Made by a program: the position numbers and the translations under genes. Below, one piece after another: positions 45,171-56,596 of a stretch of 64,000 nt of DNA. Source of the stretch: a virus; IMG/VR virus record IMGVR_UViG_3300025732_000017. The stretch is one strand, 5' to 3'. Numbering within the stretch: position 1 is the first letter of the stretch; each line of letters starts with the position of its first letter. Under the pieces are notes generated by a model. That model was not told the origin of the DNA. It saw only the letters and a list, made by a program, of their open reading frames with translations, and did no database searches.

Positions 45171-47249
45171 ATGGCTGGATCTAACACAGTTTTTAGAATT
45201 GCTGAACTTGATTTTGATACCATCAAGTTAAATCTTAGAAACTATTTGCGTAGTCAAAACCAGTTTACAGATTACGATTTTGAAGGTTCAGGTTTGAACA
45301 TTCTACTAGATGTTCTCGCATATAACACCCATTATATGGCCTACTATCTAAACATGATTGGGAATGAAATGTTTTTAGATAGTGCAATACTAAGAAATTC
45401 TGTTGTTTCACACGCCAAACATTTGAACTACGTTCCTACGTCTCTTCGTGGTTCAGTTGCAAAAGTAGATGTTGTTGTTGAAGATACAAATCCAACCAGC
45501 GGCCTTTCTACAATTACTCTTCCAAAGTATTCACAATTTCAATCACAACAAATTAATGGTATAAATTATACTTTTGTAAACTTAGATGCGTATATAGCAA
45601 GTAAAAATGTAACTTCAAATACATATACATTTAGTAACGTATCAATTGTCCAGGGTGAAAAAATTTCATATAATGTTTCTGTTGATGTATCAAACTCGAA
45701 AAGAAGGTTTTTGATACCCGAGGCAAACATTGATACGTCAACTCTTATTGTTACAGTGCAAAATTCTTCAGCTGATCTAGTAAAGACAACTTATAGTCTG
45801 GCTGATGATGTTACTACTTTAGATTCAAACTCAAAAGTTTATTTTTTGGAAGAATCTAATGGAAATCAATATACGTTATATTTTGGAGATAACTATATTG
45901 GAAAAAACTTAGATGACGGGAATATTGTTCAACTGGTATATCTCTCAACAAGTGGAGAAGCATCAAATAAAGCCAACTCATTTACTTTGACAACACCAAT
46001 CAATAGTTTTTCAAACGTTGTCGTGAATTCTATTTCTGCAGCAGCTGGTGGTGCCGAAAGAGACACGATTGATAGAATCAAGTTTTTAGCACCAAGATTT
46101 TATACTACTCAAAACCGAGCAATTACAAAAGACGATTACGGAACTCTTTTGTTGAAAGATTATCCAAATGTTGAAACAATATCCGTTTGGGGTGGTGAGG
46201 AAAATGATCCCGTTGTTTATGGTAAAATTTTCATATCCATGAAACCAAGAAGTGGATATGTCATCACCGACATTGAAAAAGACAGAATCATAAATCAATT
46301 GGTTTCAAATAGAAATGTAATTACAGTTACACCTGAAATAATAGATCCGGACTATCTGTATCTAAAATTAGAAATTACAGTAAATTATGATACAACAAAG
46401 ACAACTTCAGATGAAACTACTTTGACAAACATTGTCAAAAATATTGTCAATTTGTACAACGATACCGATCTTGAAAAGTTCAATTCAACATATAGAACTT
46501 CAAAATTGCAAGGTCAAATAGCATCAGGCGATGTATCATTTTTGGGAAGCGATTTGAAGACTATTATTCAAAAAAGATTTGAGCCCACTTTAAATGTATC
46601 AAAAAATTATACTATTGATTTCAATGTACCCCTGAGTCGTGGACTTTACACCGAAAAACTATATTCTTATCCAACTTTTGCCATTCTAGATGGTCAGGGC
46701 ATTTCAAGAAATGCACTCATAGAAGAAACACCATTATCATTTACTGGAGTTGAAAGTGTTGATATAACAAACTCTGGTTCTGGTTATACTGATAGTCCTA
46801 TAGTTACTGTAACAGGTGATGGATCTGGTGCAACCGCAAAAGCAGTAGTTGTAAATGGAAAAATAACTTCAATCATGATTGAAAATCGCGGTTCAAATTA
46901 TACAGCTGCTGTTATAACAATCACGGATTCAAGTGGGTCTGGTGCAACTGCAACCGCAGTTCTATCTGTCTCTATAGGAACATTAAGAAGTTATTACATA
47001 GCATCTACAACAGGCGAAAAAGTTATAATAAATGAAAACTTTGGCGACATAAATTATGAGACAGGCAGAATAAACATCTATAATTTTAGACCACTATCTA
47101 TTGCGTCAAATCCAAATTATGCATCTGGTGTACTAACTTTGAACATGTATCCCCTACAATCAACAATACATCCTCTTAGAAATAGATTATTGTCAATAGA
47201 TTCTGAAGATCCTACTGCCATTGAGGTTACAATGGAGATTGATACCTAA
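45171..47249 (+). CDS. gp6: Baseplate wedge gp6
   Basis: LDFD.IK..L...L, DY.FEGSGL, AYNTHY, QNRA.T..DY, WGGE. Confidence 0.95.
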   Translation: MAGSNTVFRIAELDFDTIKLNLRNYLRSQNQFTDYDFEGSGLNILLDVLAYNTHYMAYYLNMIGNEMFLDSAILRNSVVSHAKHLNYVPTSLRGSVAKVDVVVEDTNPTSGLSTITLPKYSQFQSQQINGINYTFVNLDAYIASKNVTSNTYTFSNVSIVQGEKISYNVSVDVSNSKRRFLIPEANIDTSTLIVTVQNSSADLVKTTYSLADDVTTLDSNSKVYFLEESNGNQYTLYFGDNYIGKNLDDGNIVQLVYLSTSGEASNKANSFTLTTPINSFSNVVVNSISAAAGGAERDTIDRIKFLAPRFYTTQNRAITKDDYGTLLLKDYPNVETISVWGGEENDPVVYGKIFISMKPRSGYVITDIEKDRIINQLVSNRNVITVTPEIIDPDYLYLKLEITVNYDTTKTTSDETTLTNIVKNIVNLYNDTDLEKFNSTYRTSKLQGQIASGDVSFLGSDLKTIIQKRFEPTLNVSKNYTIDFNVPLSRGLYTEKLYSYPTFAILDGQGISRNALIEETPLSFTGVESVDITNSGSGYTDSPIVTVTGDGSGATAKAVVVNGKITSIMIENRGSNYTAAVITITDSSGSGATATAVLSVSIGTLRSYYIASTTGEKVIINENFGDINYETGRINIYNFRPLSIASNPNYASGVLTLNMYPLQSTIHPLRNRLLSIDSEDPTAIEVTMEIDT

Positions 47250-50200
47250 TGGCAACAAATAACAAGATCTCTACGGTAGTTAGTAATCAATTACCCGATT
47301 TTATAAAATCGGATCATCCTACATTTATTGCATTTGTAAAAGCGTATTATGAGTATTTGGAACAATCAAATACAACTTTAGCATTTGGTAAAACAGTAGA
47401 ACGCGCAAAAAATATTCCAAATTATTTTGATACCGACAAGATAACTGAAACTGGATTGAATGAATTCAATGATCATTTGTACAACGAATTTATATCAGTC
47501 ATACCCAAGGAAGCATTAACAGATAAGTCTAAACTATTAAAGAATATTAAGGACTTCTATCGCGCAAAAGGAACAGAAAAAGCATACGATTTTTTCTTTA
47601 GACTCCTATACAATGAAACGCCTGAAATATATTATCCAAAAAATGATATATTGATTGCATCTTCTGGCAAATGGCTTGTTGAAAGATCAATAAGACTTGC
47701 CAATACCTATGTCAATGGAATTTTAGACGAATCCATCGCTAGTTTAAAAAAGTTTGAAAGCACTCTAATAAGAGGAAATGTTTCTACAGCAACAGCACAA
47801 GTTGAAAGGGTTTCCATATCATACGAAGCGGGAACACGAATAAACGAATTCTTCATTTCAAAAAAGAAGGGCGATTTTTCTGCGGATGAAGAAGTTTTTA
47901 CAACAACAATTGATGGTGAGACATTATCAGCAAAAATAGTTAGCGGATTTATTTCTTCTGTAACATTGAAAAATGGCGGATCAGGTTATACTATCGGAAC
48001 TTCAATACCTGTTGTTGGTGGTGGTGGATCTGATGGAACAGTAGTTGTTTCTGAAGTGTCATCTGGAAATATATCAAACGTTACAGTTGTCGTTGGTGGT
48101 GCTGGTTTTAGAGTTGGTGATTTTGTTTTGTTTTCTGGTGGCGGCGGCGTTGGTGCAAATGCAAATGTCGTTGAAGTCTTTGATGATAATTTCACGCACC
48201 CGAACACATACAATATAAATTCCGACGTTATCAATACATATAACTTGACTGCAATTGGTGCATATAGCAATTCATCTGGCGGAAATGCAAATACGTCAAT
48301 GGCAAATACATTGACATTTTTTGCATATGCAAATACCGGTCCGGCAAGATCAATTGTCTTGATATCTGGAGGAAATAACTATACTTCACTTCCAACTGCG
48401 TCAATACAAGGAAATACACGAATAAAGAATCTAGGTATTATTGGTAAATTGACAATCAATAATGGCGGAACTGGATATTCAAATGGTGCACAGTTAATAT
48501 TTACAAATATTCCTGGTGGATTTGGATATGGCGCTAACGGTAATGTAGTAACGAATGCAACGGGCACGATTGTAAATACAAACTTGACGCTTTTAGGTCC
48601 AGGTCATCTAATAGGTGGTGCTGGTTATGATATAAATTATCTACCGACAGTTTCTGTTTCTGGTTCTGGATCTGGGGCTAACATAGTTGTTTCTTCTCTT
48701 TTGGGATTTGGAGAAACTCTCGTATCTAATACAGGTTCAATTGGAGTTATTGAAGGACTTACAATTACTAATCGAGGTTCAGGATATGCAACTCCACCAA
48801 CTCTTGATTTTACAGGAAGTGGTGATGGTCTTGCAAATGCAAATGCTTCAGTTGTTTCTGGTACATTCACTTACGCGGGTCGATTTAAGGACGATACGGG
48901 ACTACTAAGCAGTTCAAATTATTTGGAAGATAGAGATTATTATCAAAACTTTAGTTATGTGATAAGAATTCGAAAAGCATTACAAGAATACAAGCAGCAC
49001 GTTTTGAATTTCATTCATCCTGCAGGATTGAAGTTCTTTGGTGAATTTTTATACGAATCAGAACCAGTTGTTAATAATGTTGTTGTCATTGAGGATTCAA
49101 ATACAAGAACATATATTCCATATGTTGCAAACTCGATTGATTTCAATGGTTCAAATTCTGTAATCTACAAGACATCATCTTTGGGCAATACAACAAATGG
49201 CTCAACGGGAACAATTAGTTTCTGGTTTAGACCCAATAGTCTTGCCAACGATCAAACGATTCTATCGCTATCAAATACATCAAATTCAATGTATTCGCCA
49301 AGAGTTTCTGTATCTCTTGCAAAGAGAGCAAATTCTCTAGTTGGTAGAATTTCAGGATTGACTGTTGTTTATGGTGGTGCAGGATTCACAGTAGATGACA
49401 ATGTGATCTTTACAGGAACTGGAACAAACGCAAATGCAACGATAGTTACTGTTCTTAGTGACGGGAGTTTTCATCCAAATACATATAATATCAATTCTGA
49501 TGTTATCAATACATACAATGCAACTGTTATTGGTGCATATAGCAATGGTGCAAGCGGAAATGCAAACACAGCACTTCTACCAACATTGACATTTTTTGCA
49601 TTATCTGGTCTAGGTCCAATTTCAGCCGTTTCCCTAAACGCTCAAGGAAATGGTTATAATGTTTTGACAACGACGGTTAATGCTACAGGAAATACTTATC
49701 TAAGAAATCTTGGTATAATTGGTAGATTGAAGATCAATTCTACAGGTACAGGATATTCAAATGGTAATATTATCACATTTACCAATATTATTGGTGGTTA
49801 TGGATTTGGTGCAAATGCAACTGTCACAGTAAATGCAACAGGTGCAATTATAGCAACTACGATGACTCCATACTCAAGTGATTCGGGTCATCTAGTTGGT
49901 GGTTTTGGATATAGTACAGATGCATTACCTATCGTTGCTGTATCTGGTTCTGGTTCAGGTGCAAATCTAACGATTGGTGCATTGATAGGAGATGGTGATA
50001 TCATATCACCAGATACTTTTGCAAATACATCCAATAATGATGGTGATATTATCAAGATTGTTGCTAGAGATTCGACAAATACAAAGTTGCTTGAATTGAC
50101 AACAAACACTTCAACCTTGATATTCAAGAATTCTTGGAATCACATAGTTGCAACTTGGGATCTATCTTCAAATTCAAATTGTCATGTATACTTGAATGAT

Positions 50201-50578
50201 ATCAATTCAACGAGACTCGACACAATCAATTTCGGTGTAATTGACTATACGGGCGGAAGTAACGTTTCAATTGGTGCTGAAGTAGACTTGAGTCGTGCGT
50301 ATGATGGTTGCTTGTCCGAAGTTTGGTTTTCAAATTCACATGTCAATGTTTCAAATGCTACGATAAGAAACTTCTTTATTGGAGCAAATGGTGATCTATT
50401 ACCAAGTAATATGCTGCAGTCAAATGGATACATGGGTAGAGTGAGTGTAGAGGTCACTCCATCAATCTATCTAAGAAGCAATGCACTTTATGCAAATATC
50501 AATAGCGGAATTGCAAATAACTTCACGTTTGCAAATAATATCACGGATTGCTCAAACTCCTCAAGTACTCCAGCATAA
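47249..50578 (+). CDS. gp7: Baseplate wedge initiator gp7, with internal duplication and LamG-like domain
   Basis: QLPDFI..DHP.F, FY..KGT, YQ.FSYVI, HPAG.K.FG. Confidence 0.85.
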   Translation: MATNNKISTVVSNQLPDFIKSDHPTFIAFVKAYYEYLEQSNTTLAFGKTVERAKNIPNYFDTDKITETGLNEFNDHLYNEFISVIPKEALTDKSKLLKNIKDFYRAKGTEKAYDFFFRLLYNETPEIYYPKNDILIASSGKWLVERSIRLANTYVNGILDESIASLKKFESTLIRGNVSTATAQVERVSISYEAGTRINEFFISKKKGDFSADEEVFTTTIDGETLSAKIVSGFISSVTLKNGGSGYTIGTSIPVVGGGGSDGTVVVSEVSSGNISNVTVVVGGAGFRVGDFVLFSGGGGVGANANVVEVFDDNFTHPNTYNINSDVINTYNLTAIGAYSNSSGGNANTSMANTLTFFAYANTGPARSIVLISGGNNYTSLPTASIQGNTRIKNLGIIGKLTINNGGTGYSNGAQLIFTNIPGGFGYGANGNVVTNATGTIVNTNLTLLGPGHLIGGAGYDINYLPTVSVSGSGSGANIVVSSLLGFGETLVSNTGSIGVIEGLTITNRGSGYATPPTLDFTGSGDGLANANASVVSGTFTYAGRFKDDTGLLSSSNYLEDRDYYQNFSYVIRIRKALQEYKQHVLNFIHPAGLKFFGEFLYESEPVVNNVVVIEDSNTRTYIPYVANSIDFNGSNSVIYKTSSLGNTTNGSTGTISFWFRPNSLANDQTILSLSNTSNSMYSPRVSVSLAKRANSLVGRISGLTVVYGGAGFTVDDNVIFTGTGTNANATIVTVLSDGSFHPNTYNINSDVINTYNATVIGAYSNGASGNANTALLPTLTFFALSGLGPISAVSLNAQGNGYNVLTTTVNATGNTYLRNLGIIGRLKINSTGTGYSNGNIITFTNIIGGYGFGANATVTVNATGAIIATTMTPYSSDSGHLVGGFGYSTDALPIVAVSGSGSGANLTIGALIGDGDIISPDTFANTSNNDGDIIKIVARDSTNTKLLELTTNTSTLIFKNSWNHIVATWDLSSNSNCHVYLNDINSTRLDTINFGVIDYTGGSNVSIGAEVDLSRAYDGCLSEVWFSNSHVNVSNATIRNFFIGANGDLLPSNMLQSNGYMGRVSVEVTPSIYLRSNALYANINSGIANNFTFANNITDCSNSSSTPA

Positions 50579-50603
50579 ATATGAGTTACAATAGAGTTTT
50601 TTA

Positions 50604-51926
50604 ATGACAGCCATAACAACAAGAAATTTAAGAATCAATTCAGCCGAGCAACTTCTAGAATCGGTCTCAGAACCTGCCGCAACGTATTTGTACGTTGCTT
50701 ATGGCAAAAATACACCTTGGGCAAATGATTCTCTTCCCAATACAGCCGTAGATACGACAAGCGACAGAGACGATGTCTGGAGAAACATTATTGGCGGAAA
50801 ACGAGTTACAGGTAACGATATTACTCTTGCAATAAAAAGAGTTAATTGGACAACAAATACAGTATATCAAGCGTATGATGACACTTCAAGCACGCTTTAT
50901 GATGCCAACACTCAATTTTATGTAATGACAGATGACTATAACATCTACAAGTGTCTATACAATAATAATTCAGCAAACTCTACAGTAAAACCAACATATG
51001 TTCAAGCAAGTTTCTCAAGCACAGAAGCTGATGGATATATTTGGAAATACATGTACACCCTCAATACCAGAGATAGACAAAAATTTCTGACAAATGATTG
51101 GATGCCGGTTCGTACATTGACAATTGATGATGCATCACAACAGTATGCTGTCGAACAAGCTGCCGTTGATGGTGCAATAGATGTTATTCTTGTCACAAAT
51201 GGCGGATCAAATTATACAAACACATCAAATGTTACGGTAACAATTTCTGGTGACGGTAGTGATGCGACAGCAGTTGCATATGTAAATACGATTAGTAACA
51301 CGATTGCTAATGTCGTTGTAACTACAAGAGGAACAGGATACACAACCGCAAATGTTACTGTGTCTGGTGGCGGTGGATCAAATGCGTCACTTCGTGCTAT
51401 AATTGGACCTCAAGGTGGACACGGAAAAGATCCTGTTTATGAATTGGGTGGCTCAAACATTCTTATGAGCGTTAGAATTGATGGTGATGAAGATGGAGCA
51501 TTGATTGCAAACAACGATTATAGACAAGTTAGTATAATCAAGGATCCATTGATATACAATTCATCAAATGCATTTACAAATACTGTATTTTCACAAACAT
51601 TGACTTTGTCAATTGCCGGTTCTGGTCCTGATTATGTTTCAGACGAATATGTTTATCAGGGTGCGTCTCTCGATTCTGCAACGTTTAGTGCCCGAGTTCT
51701 TTCTTGGAATACTTCAACAAACATAATGAAGGTTACAGAATATACGGGAACACCAACAACAACCACATTGAATGGGCAAGTTTCTGGCGGAAATCGTTTC
51801 ATAACTTCCATTTCAAATCCAAACTTAAAAAATCGTTCTGGACAAGTCATATACATAGACAATATAACACCAGTAACAAGAGTTGATGATCAAGCAGAAA
51901 TAATGAAGATAGTCATAAAATACTAA
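50604..51926 (+). CDS. gp8: Baseplate wedge gp8
   Basis: WT.NT.Y..YDD, VYKCL.N, DGY.WKYMY, GHG.D...ELG. Confidence 0.88.
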   Translation: MTAITTRNLRINSAEQLLESVSEPAATYLYVAYGKNTPWANDSLPNTAVDTTSDRDDVWRNIIGGKRVTGNDITLAIKRVNWTTNTVYQAYDDTSSTLYDANTQFYVMTDDYNIYKCLYNNNSANSTVKPTYVQASFSSTEADGYIWKYMYTLNTRDRQKFLTNDWMPVRTLTIDDASQQYAVEQAAVDGAIDVILVTNGGSNYTNTSNVTVTISGDGSDATAVAYVNTISNTIANVVVTTRGTGYTTANVTVSGGGGSNASLRAIIGPQGGHGKDPVYELGGSNILMSVRIDGDEDGALIANNDYRQVSIIKDPLIYNSSNAFTNTVFSQTLTLSIAGSGPDYVSDEYVYQGASLDSATFSARVLSWNTSTNIMKVTEYTGTPTTTTLNGQVSGGNRFITSISNPNLKNRSGQVIYIDNITPVTRVDDQAEIMKIVIKY

Positions 51927-51935
51927 GGAAGTCAG

Positions 51936-54900
51936 ATGACAGATAAGATTGTTCCATCAGAAACCGTATCAACACCATACTATAATGATTATGACGAAAC
52001 AAAAGATTTCTATAGTGTTTTATTTCGTCCTGGATTTGCCGTTCAGGCTCGCGAACTAACACAGCTTCAAACAATTCTACAAAAGCAAGTACAGCGCTTT
52101 GGTGATCACGTTTTCAAGAATGGTAGCATTGTAACTGGCGCACAAATTTCAACATCGTTCGCTACTGCTTTAAATCTATCATCTCAATATTCTGGCTCTG
52201 ACATTACTGTCACAAACTTTGATCGCAAATATGTAAACAATACGACAAATACGACTTCAACAATTGCATCCGCATTCGTTCTTAAGACTGAATCTGGCAC
52301 AACTCCAGTTTTGATGGTCAAGTATATTACCGGCGATGAGTTTGCAAATGATACGATCAATGCAGCTAACTCTAGTGATTTTGCTGTAGTTTCTGGTCCC
52401 CAGGGAACAGGTTCAGTTGCAAGTATTTCAGAAGGCGTGATGTTTGTTGATGGTTATTTTGCTAGAGTTGCTGATCAAACAATCATTTTGGAAAAATATT
52501 CAAAAACACCATCTTATAGAGTTGGTCTAGAATTAAACAAGACTATCGTTTCTCCAACTTCAGACACATCTCTTCTTGATCCTGCACTGGAAGCATCGAA
52601 TTATCAAGCGCCGGGTGCGACAAGATACAAGTTGGAACTCGTTCTTGCAAAAAGAACACTAACAAGTACTGACGATAGTCAATTCATTGAACTTCTTCGT
52701 GTTGAAAATGGTGTGATAAAAAACATCATCAAATATCCTATCTATTCAGAATTAGAAAAAACATTGGCAAGAAGAACCAATGACGAGTCAGGTAGTTACA
52801 CTGTACGTCCATTCAATATTCGTCTAAGAGATCATGCGAATACGACACCAAATGCTGAATTGTTCACTGTTAGCCTAAGTCCAGGAAAAGCATATGTTCA
52901 AGGATTTGAGTATGAATTAGTATCTCAACTAGACTTGACAAATGAACGTTCTCGCACGACATCAAACGTAAATAATTATCCACTATCATTGAACTATGGT
53001 AATTATGTAATTTGTACAAATGCAAATTCAACAGGTGGAGCAACAGCAACTGGATTCTTCAAGATTGATGATTCCGGTATTGGTCCACAACTTGTAGACC
53101 TGCATTCAGTAATTCGTAGTTCAATTAACACCAATAATTCTACTGTATATGCTGCAACAAAAATAGGTACGGCAAGAGTTGTGAGCGTTGACTATGATAG
53201 TGCATCAAATACTCAAAATTCACAAACATATAATTACAGAGTTTATTTGAATGATTTTACATTTTCAAATGTAACGGGAACCATATTTGCAAATACATCA
53301 AATGATAGGATTGTTCTTGCAAATATTGCTAATTTAGCAGCTGCACAAACTGTCTCAGCAGTTGCAAATGCATATACTGGTGCAATAATAAGAATTGCAA
53401 ACGGGTCTCTGTCTGGATTAACAAGAACAATCGTGAACTATGACGGTTCAACAAGAACCGCAATCCTAGATTCTAATTTGTCAATGACATCAGTTTCCGC
53501 AAATGTAGATCGTTGGTCGATTGATTTCTCGGCTAAAGATGTTGAAGCATTTGCAAACATCGTCGCCGGAACAACGACAACACCAGTTTCCATTGGTGGT
53601 TCGATGGATGTGTCTGCATCAAGTAGAGTTACAAATCCATTGACCGCAAATACATCGGGTTCGACGCAGATTACTGACCCAAGATTTAGCAAATATTTGT
53701 TTGAACTGCCGCAAAATTATATTGCAACTGGTATAAGCGATCAGACATACGACTATTTCAAAGTACTTCAAACTGCAGTTCCTTTCACTTCAGGCGTAAC
53801 TAGCGCAATTAGTGCTGGCGCAGGAGAGGTCTTCCTTTCAAATGGAACTCAGTCGTCAACCCAAACTCTAGAAAATTTCATTGTCATAATTCGTGACAAT
53901 CAAGGATCCACAATTGGAGCAAATGGTTCAATTCTTCCATTTACGCCAACTGGCGCTTCAATCGTAGTCAACAACGGCGGAACACCAACTGCAACATTTA
54001 CCGCATATCGTGCAAATACGTTTACTGCAGATATTCTTGCAAAGGTTACGATCAATTCTGGCACGAAGATAAACGAAAAGTTAAAAACGTTCATTTCCTC
54101 AAACTCTACTCATATTCTGACACAAGGTGGAACTGCAAATGCTACATTTGCAAACGTGTCTGTTTATTCAGCAGTGGGTCAGGTTCACTTGTCAAATCCT
54201 AATAAGACACCGGGTCTAAAGGATAGTCTATATACTTCAGACGTATATCAAATTGACAAGATTTATGATATTGGAACTGCAGCGTTTACTTCAGGAACCG
54301 CATTATCCGCATACACAGATATCACAGCAAGATATTCTATTGATACCGGTCAGAGAGACGATCATTATGATCACGGCGGTATCACATTCTTACCAGGATA
54401 TTCTCCACCTACAGGTAATGTCGTGGTGTGCTTTAGTTACTTCAAGCACGAATCAGGTAGTAGCGATGGATTGGGCTATTTCTCGGTCGATTCATATCCA
54501 TTCTATGCAAATATACCACAGTATATAAGTGCATCTTCTGGCGAAACACACGATTTAAGAGATTGTATCGACTTTAGACCAAGAAGACAAGACAATTCAA
54601 ATACATCGCCCGGTTATACTCTTCAAAACTTTAGAATTGGATTACCAAATCAGGAATTCTCTGCCGATTATCAGTACTATTTGGCAAGAAGAGATAAAGT
54701 TGTTCTTACAAAAGATAGAGTATTTCAAGTTATAAAGGGTGTTCCATCTCTAAATCCAGTCTCACCACGAGAGCCTGAAGGATCAATGGTTCTTTATAAC
54801 TTGACCGTGCCTCCGTATACAGCAAGTCCTGCAAACGTAATCATAAAGTTTGTAGAAAACAAGCGTTACACCATGCGAGATATTGGCGCGATTGAAAAGC

Positions 54901-56555
54901 GTGTTGAAAATCTAGAGTATTATACAGCATTGAATCTTCTAGAAAAAGATACCGAAGTCATGTCGATCAAAGATGTCAACGGTCTTGATCGCACAAAGAA
55001 TGGTATTCTTGTTGATTCATTCAAGGGACACTCAATAGGTGATGTAAGAAATCTTGATTATAAGTGTTCTATTGACTTTAGAACAGAAGAATTAAGACCA
55101 CAAACAAATACAAACGCACATTTCTTGGATTATGATTTTTCAACAAGCACCGCAGTTGTTTATAACTCGGGTCTTGTCACTCTTCCATTTACGGAAGAGA
55201 TCATGATAACTCAAAATGTAGCATCGCAAACAGTAACTGTTCAGCCATACTTGTTTGCAAGATTTGTCGGATCTGTATACATGATTCCTGAGTCTGATTG
55301 GTACTTTGAAAAGTACGAATTGCCAGATGTCAATATAAATTACTCGGGTGAAAATGATGGATACTCAAGTCTACAATCTGCTCTCACAGGTGCAGTATCT
55401 ACGTTTGATACTGAGTTTGGTCATTGGGAAACAAGATCAACCGGTGCAGAAATTGTTACATCCGAAGTAAACGAGCAAGGCAGAAACGGTCTTCAAATTT
55501 GGGAAAACGGAGTAAATAGAACAACAACAGTTGGTGGATTCCAAAATGGATTCCTTAGACGTTCATCATTTGATCAAATATCTCAAGTTGTCAATGACCG
55601 CGTCGTTAATCTTGGCGTAACACCAATCATGCGTCAAATTGACATTGACTTTGTCGGAATGTCATTGAAGCCTAGAAAAGTCGTTTATTATTACTTTGAC
55701 GATGTCAACGTTACGGGTTATGTGCAAAGGGCAAACGAACTTGTATTTTCTGGTAATAATTTCTTTGATATTGTGAATAGTGAAAAAATTACGTCTGGTG
55801 CAAATGCTGCAAACGTGATTCTATCACGAACATTATCTTCAACAAACGTTGCTTATATCACCGATGTCGTAGGAAATGTTCTTGTAGGTCAAACATGGAC
55901 AGGTGCAAGATCTGCAAATACCGCGACTGTTGTGTCGTATAGACATTATTCAGGAACAGCAAGAAGTGCAAATTCAACTGCAATAAATCTATCGTTTGAT
56001 GCGGCAAATACTGATAGTTTTTATGTCGGAAATACAATGTATTTTGTTGATGGTCTTGGTGTTGGCGAGTCTTATAGAATCGACTCATATGTCGGCTCAA
56101 CAAGAACCGCTTCAAACACAGCAGGATTTACAACTATACCAGGATCAAATACAAGATATTCGATTGGTAACTCAAAGACAAATGAATTTGGTCAAATTGC
56201 AGGTACATTTGTAGTGCCTAAGAATTCAACGATCAAGTTTAGAACTGGCGAAAGAAAGTTCAAGATCATTGACGTTGCAAATGGAGTTTCTGCAAATTCA
56301 ACGACCGTCGGTGAAGGCCGATTCATAGCACAGGGTCTACTCGGCGTTTCAATTGGAGTTACAGCAACCAGAGTACCATCACCAACTTATTATCCAAGCG
56401 GTTCATATTATTACGATTCTGACGCCATGGGAGCATCATCTGGACATGGTGGTTTGGGTGATCCTGGTACTATGGGTGGTGGTGGCGGATCATTTGGTCC
56501 AGATGGAAACGACGGCTCCGGCGACGGCGCCGCCGGAGGTGGAATTGGAAATTAA
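51936..56555 (+). CDS. Large structural protein (VrlC/DUF4815-like), N-terminal part
   Basis: PYY.DYD, LFRPG.AVQARELTQLQ, LARRT.DESG.Y, LE.YT.L.LLE. Confidence 0.85.
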   Translation: MTDKIVPSETVSTPYYNDYDETKDFYSVLFRPGFAVQARELTQLQTILQKQVQRFGDHVFKNGSIVTGAQISTSFATALNLSSQYSGSDITVTNFDRKYVNNTTNTTSTIASAFVLKTESGTTPVLMVKYITGDEFANDTINAANSSDFAVVSGPQGTGSVASISEGVMFVDGYFARVADQTIILEKYSKTPSYRVGLELNKTIVSPTSDTSLLDPALEASNYQAPGATRYKLELVLAKRTLTSTDDSQFIELLRVENGVIKNIIKYPIYSELEKTLARRTNDESGSYTVRPFNIRLRDHANTTPNAELFTVSLSPGKAYVQGFEYELVSQLDLTNERSRTTSNVNNYPLSLNYGNYVICTNANSTGGATATGFFKIDDSGIGPQLVDLHSVIRSSINTNNSTVYAATKIGTARVVSVDYDSASNTQNSQTYNYRVYLNDFTFSNVTGTIFANTSNDRIVLANIANLAAAQTVSAVANAYTGAIIRIANGSLSGLTRTIVNYDGSTRTAILDSNLSMTSVSANVDRWSIDFSAKDVEAFANIVAGTTTTPVSIGGSMDVSASSRVTNPLTANTSGSTQITDPRFSKYLFELPQNYIATGISDQTYDYFKVLQTAVPFTSGVTSAISAGAGEVFLSNGTQSSTQTLENFIVIIRDNQGSTIGANGSILPFTPTGASIVVNNGGTPTATFTAYRANTFTADILAKVTINSGTKINEKLKTFISSNSTHILTQGGTANATFANVSVYSAVGQVHLSNPNKTPGLKDSLYTSDVYQIDKIYDIGTAAFTSGTALSAYTDITARYSIDTGQRDDHYDHGGITFLPGYSPPTGNVVVCFSYFKHESGSSDGLGYFSVDSYPFYANIPQYISASSGETHDLRDCIDFRPRRQDNSNTSPGYTLQNFRIGLPNQEFSADYQYYLARRDKVVLTKDRVFQVIKGVPSLNPVSPREPEGSMVLYNLTVPPYTASPANVIIKFVENKRYTMRDIGAIEKRVENLEYYTALNLLEKDTEVMSIKDVNGLDRTKNGILVDSFKGHSIGDVRNLDYKCSIDFRTEELRPQTNTNAHFLDYDFSTSTAVVYNSGLVTLPFTEEIMITQNVASQTVTVQPYLFARFVGSVYMIPESDWYFEKYELPDVNINYSGENDGYSSLQSALTGAVSTFDTEFGHWETRSTGAEIVTSEVNEQGRNGLQIWENGVNRTTTVGGFQNGFLRRSSFDQISQVVNDRVVNLGVTPIMRQIDIDFVGMSLKPRKVVYYYFDDVNVTGYVQRANELVFSGNNFFDIVNSEKITSGANAANVILSRTLSSTNVAYITDVVGNVLVGQTWTGARSANTATVVSYRHYSGTARSANSTAINLSFDAANTDSFYVGNTMYFVDGLGVGESYRIDSYVGSTRTASNTAGFTTIPGSNTRYSIGNSKTNEFGQIAGTFVVPKNSTIKFRTGERKFKIIDVANGVSANSTTVGEGRFIAQGLLGVSIGVTATRVPSPTYYPSGSYYYDSDAMGASSGHGGLGDPGTMGGGGGSFGPDGNDGSGDGAAGGGIGN

Positions 56556-56596
56556 TAAAGATATTTACAAATTAGATTGAACAGGAAAAATAAAAA

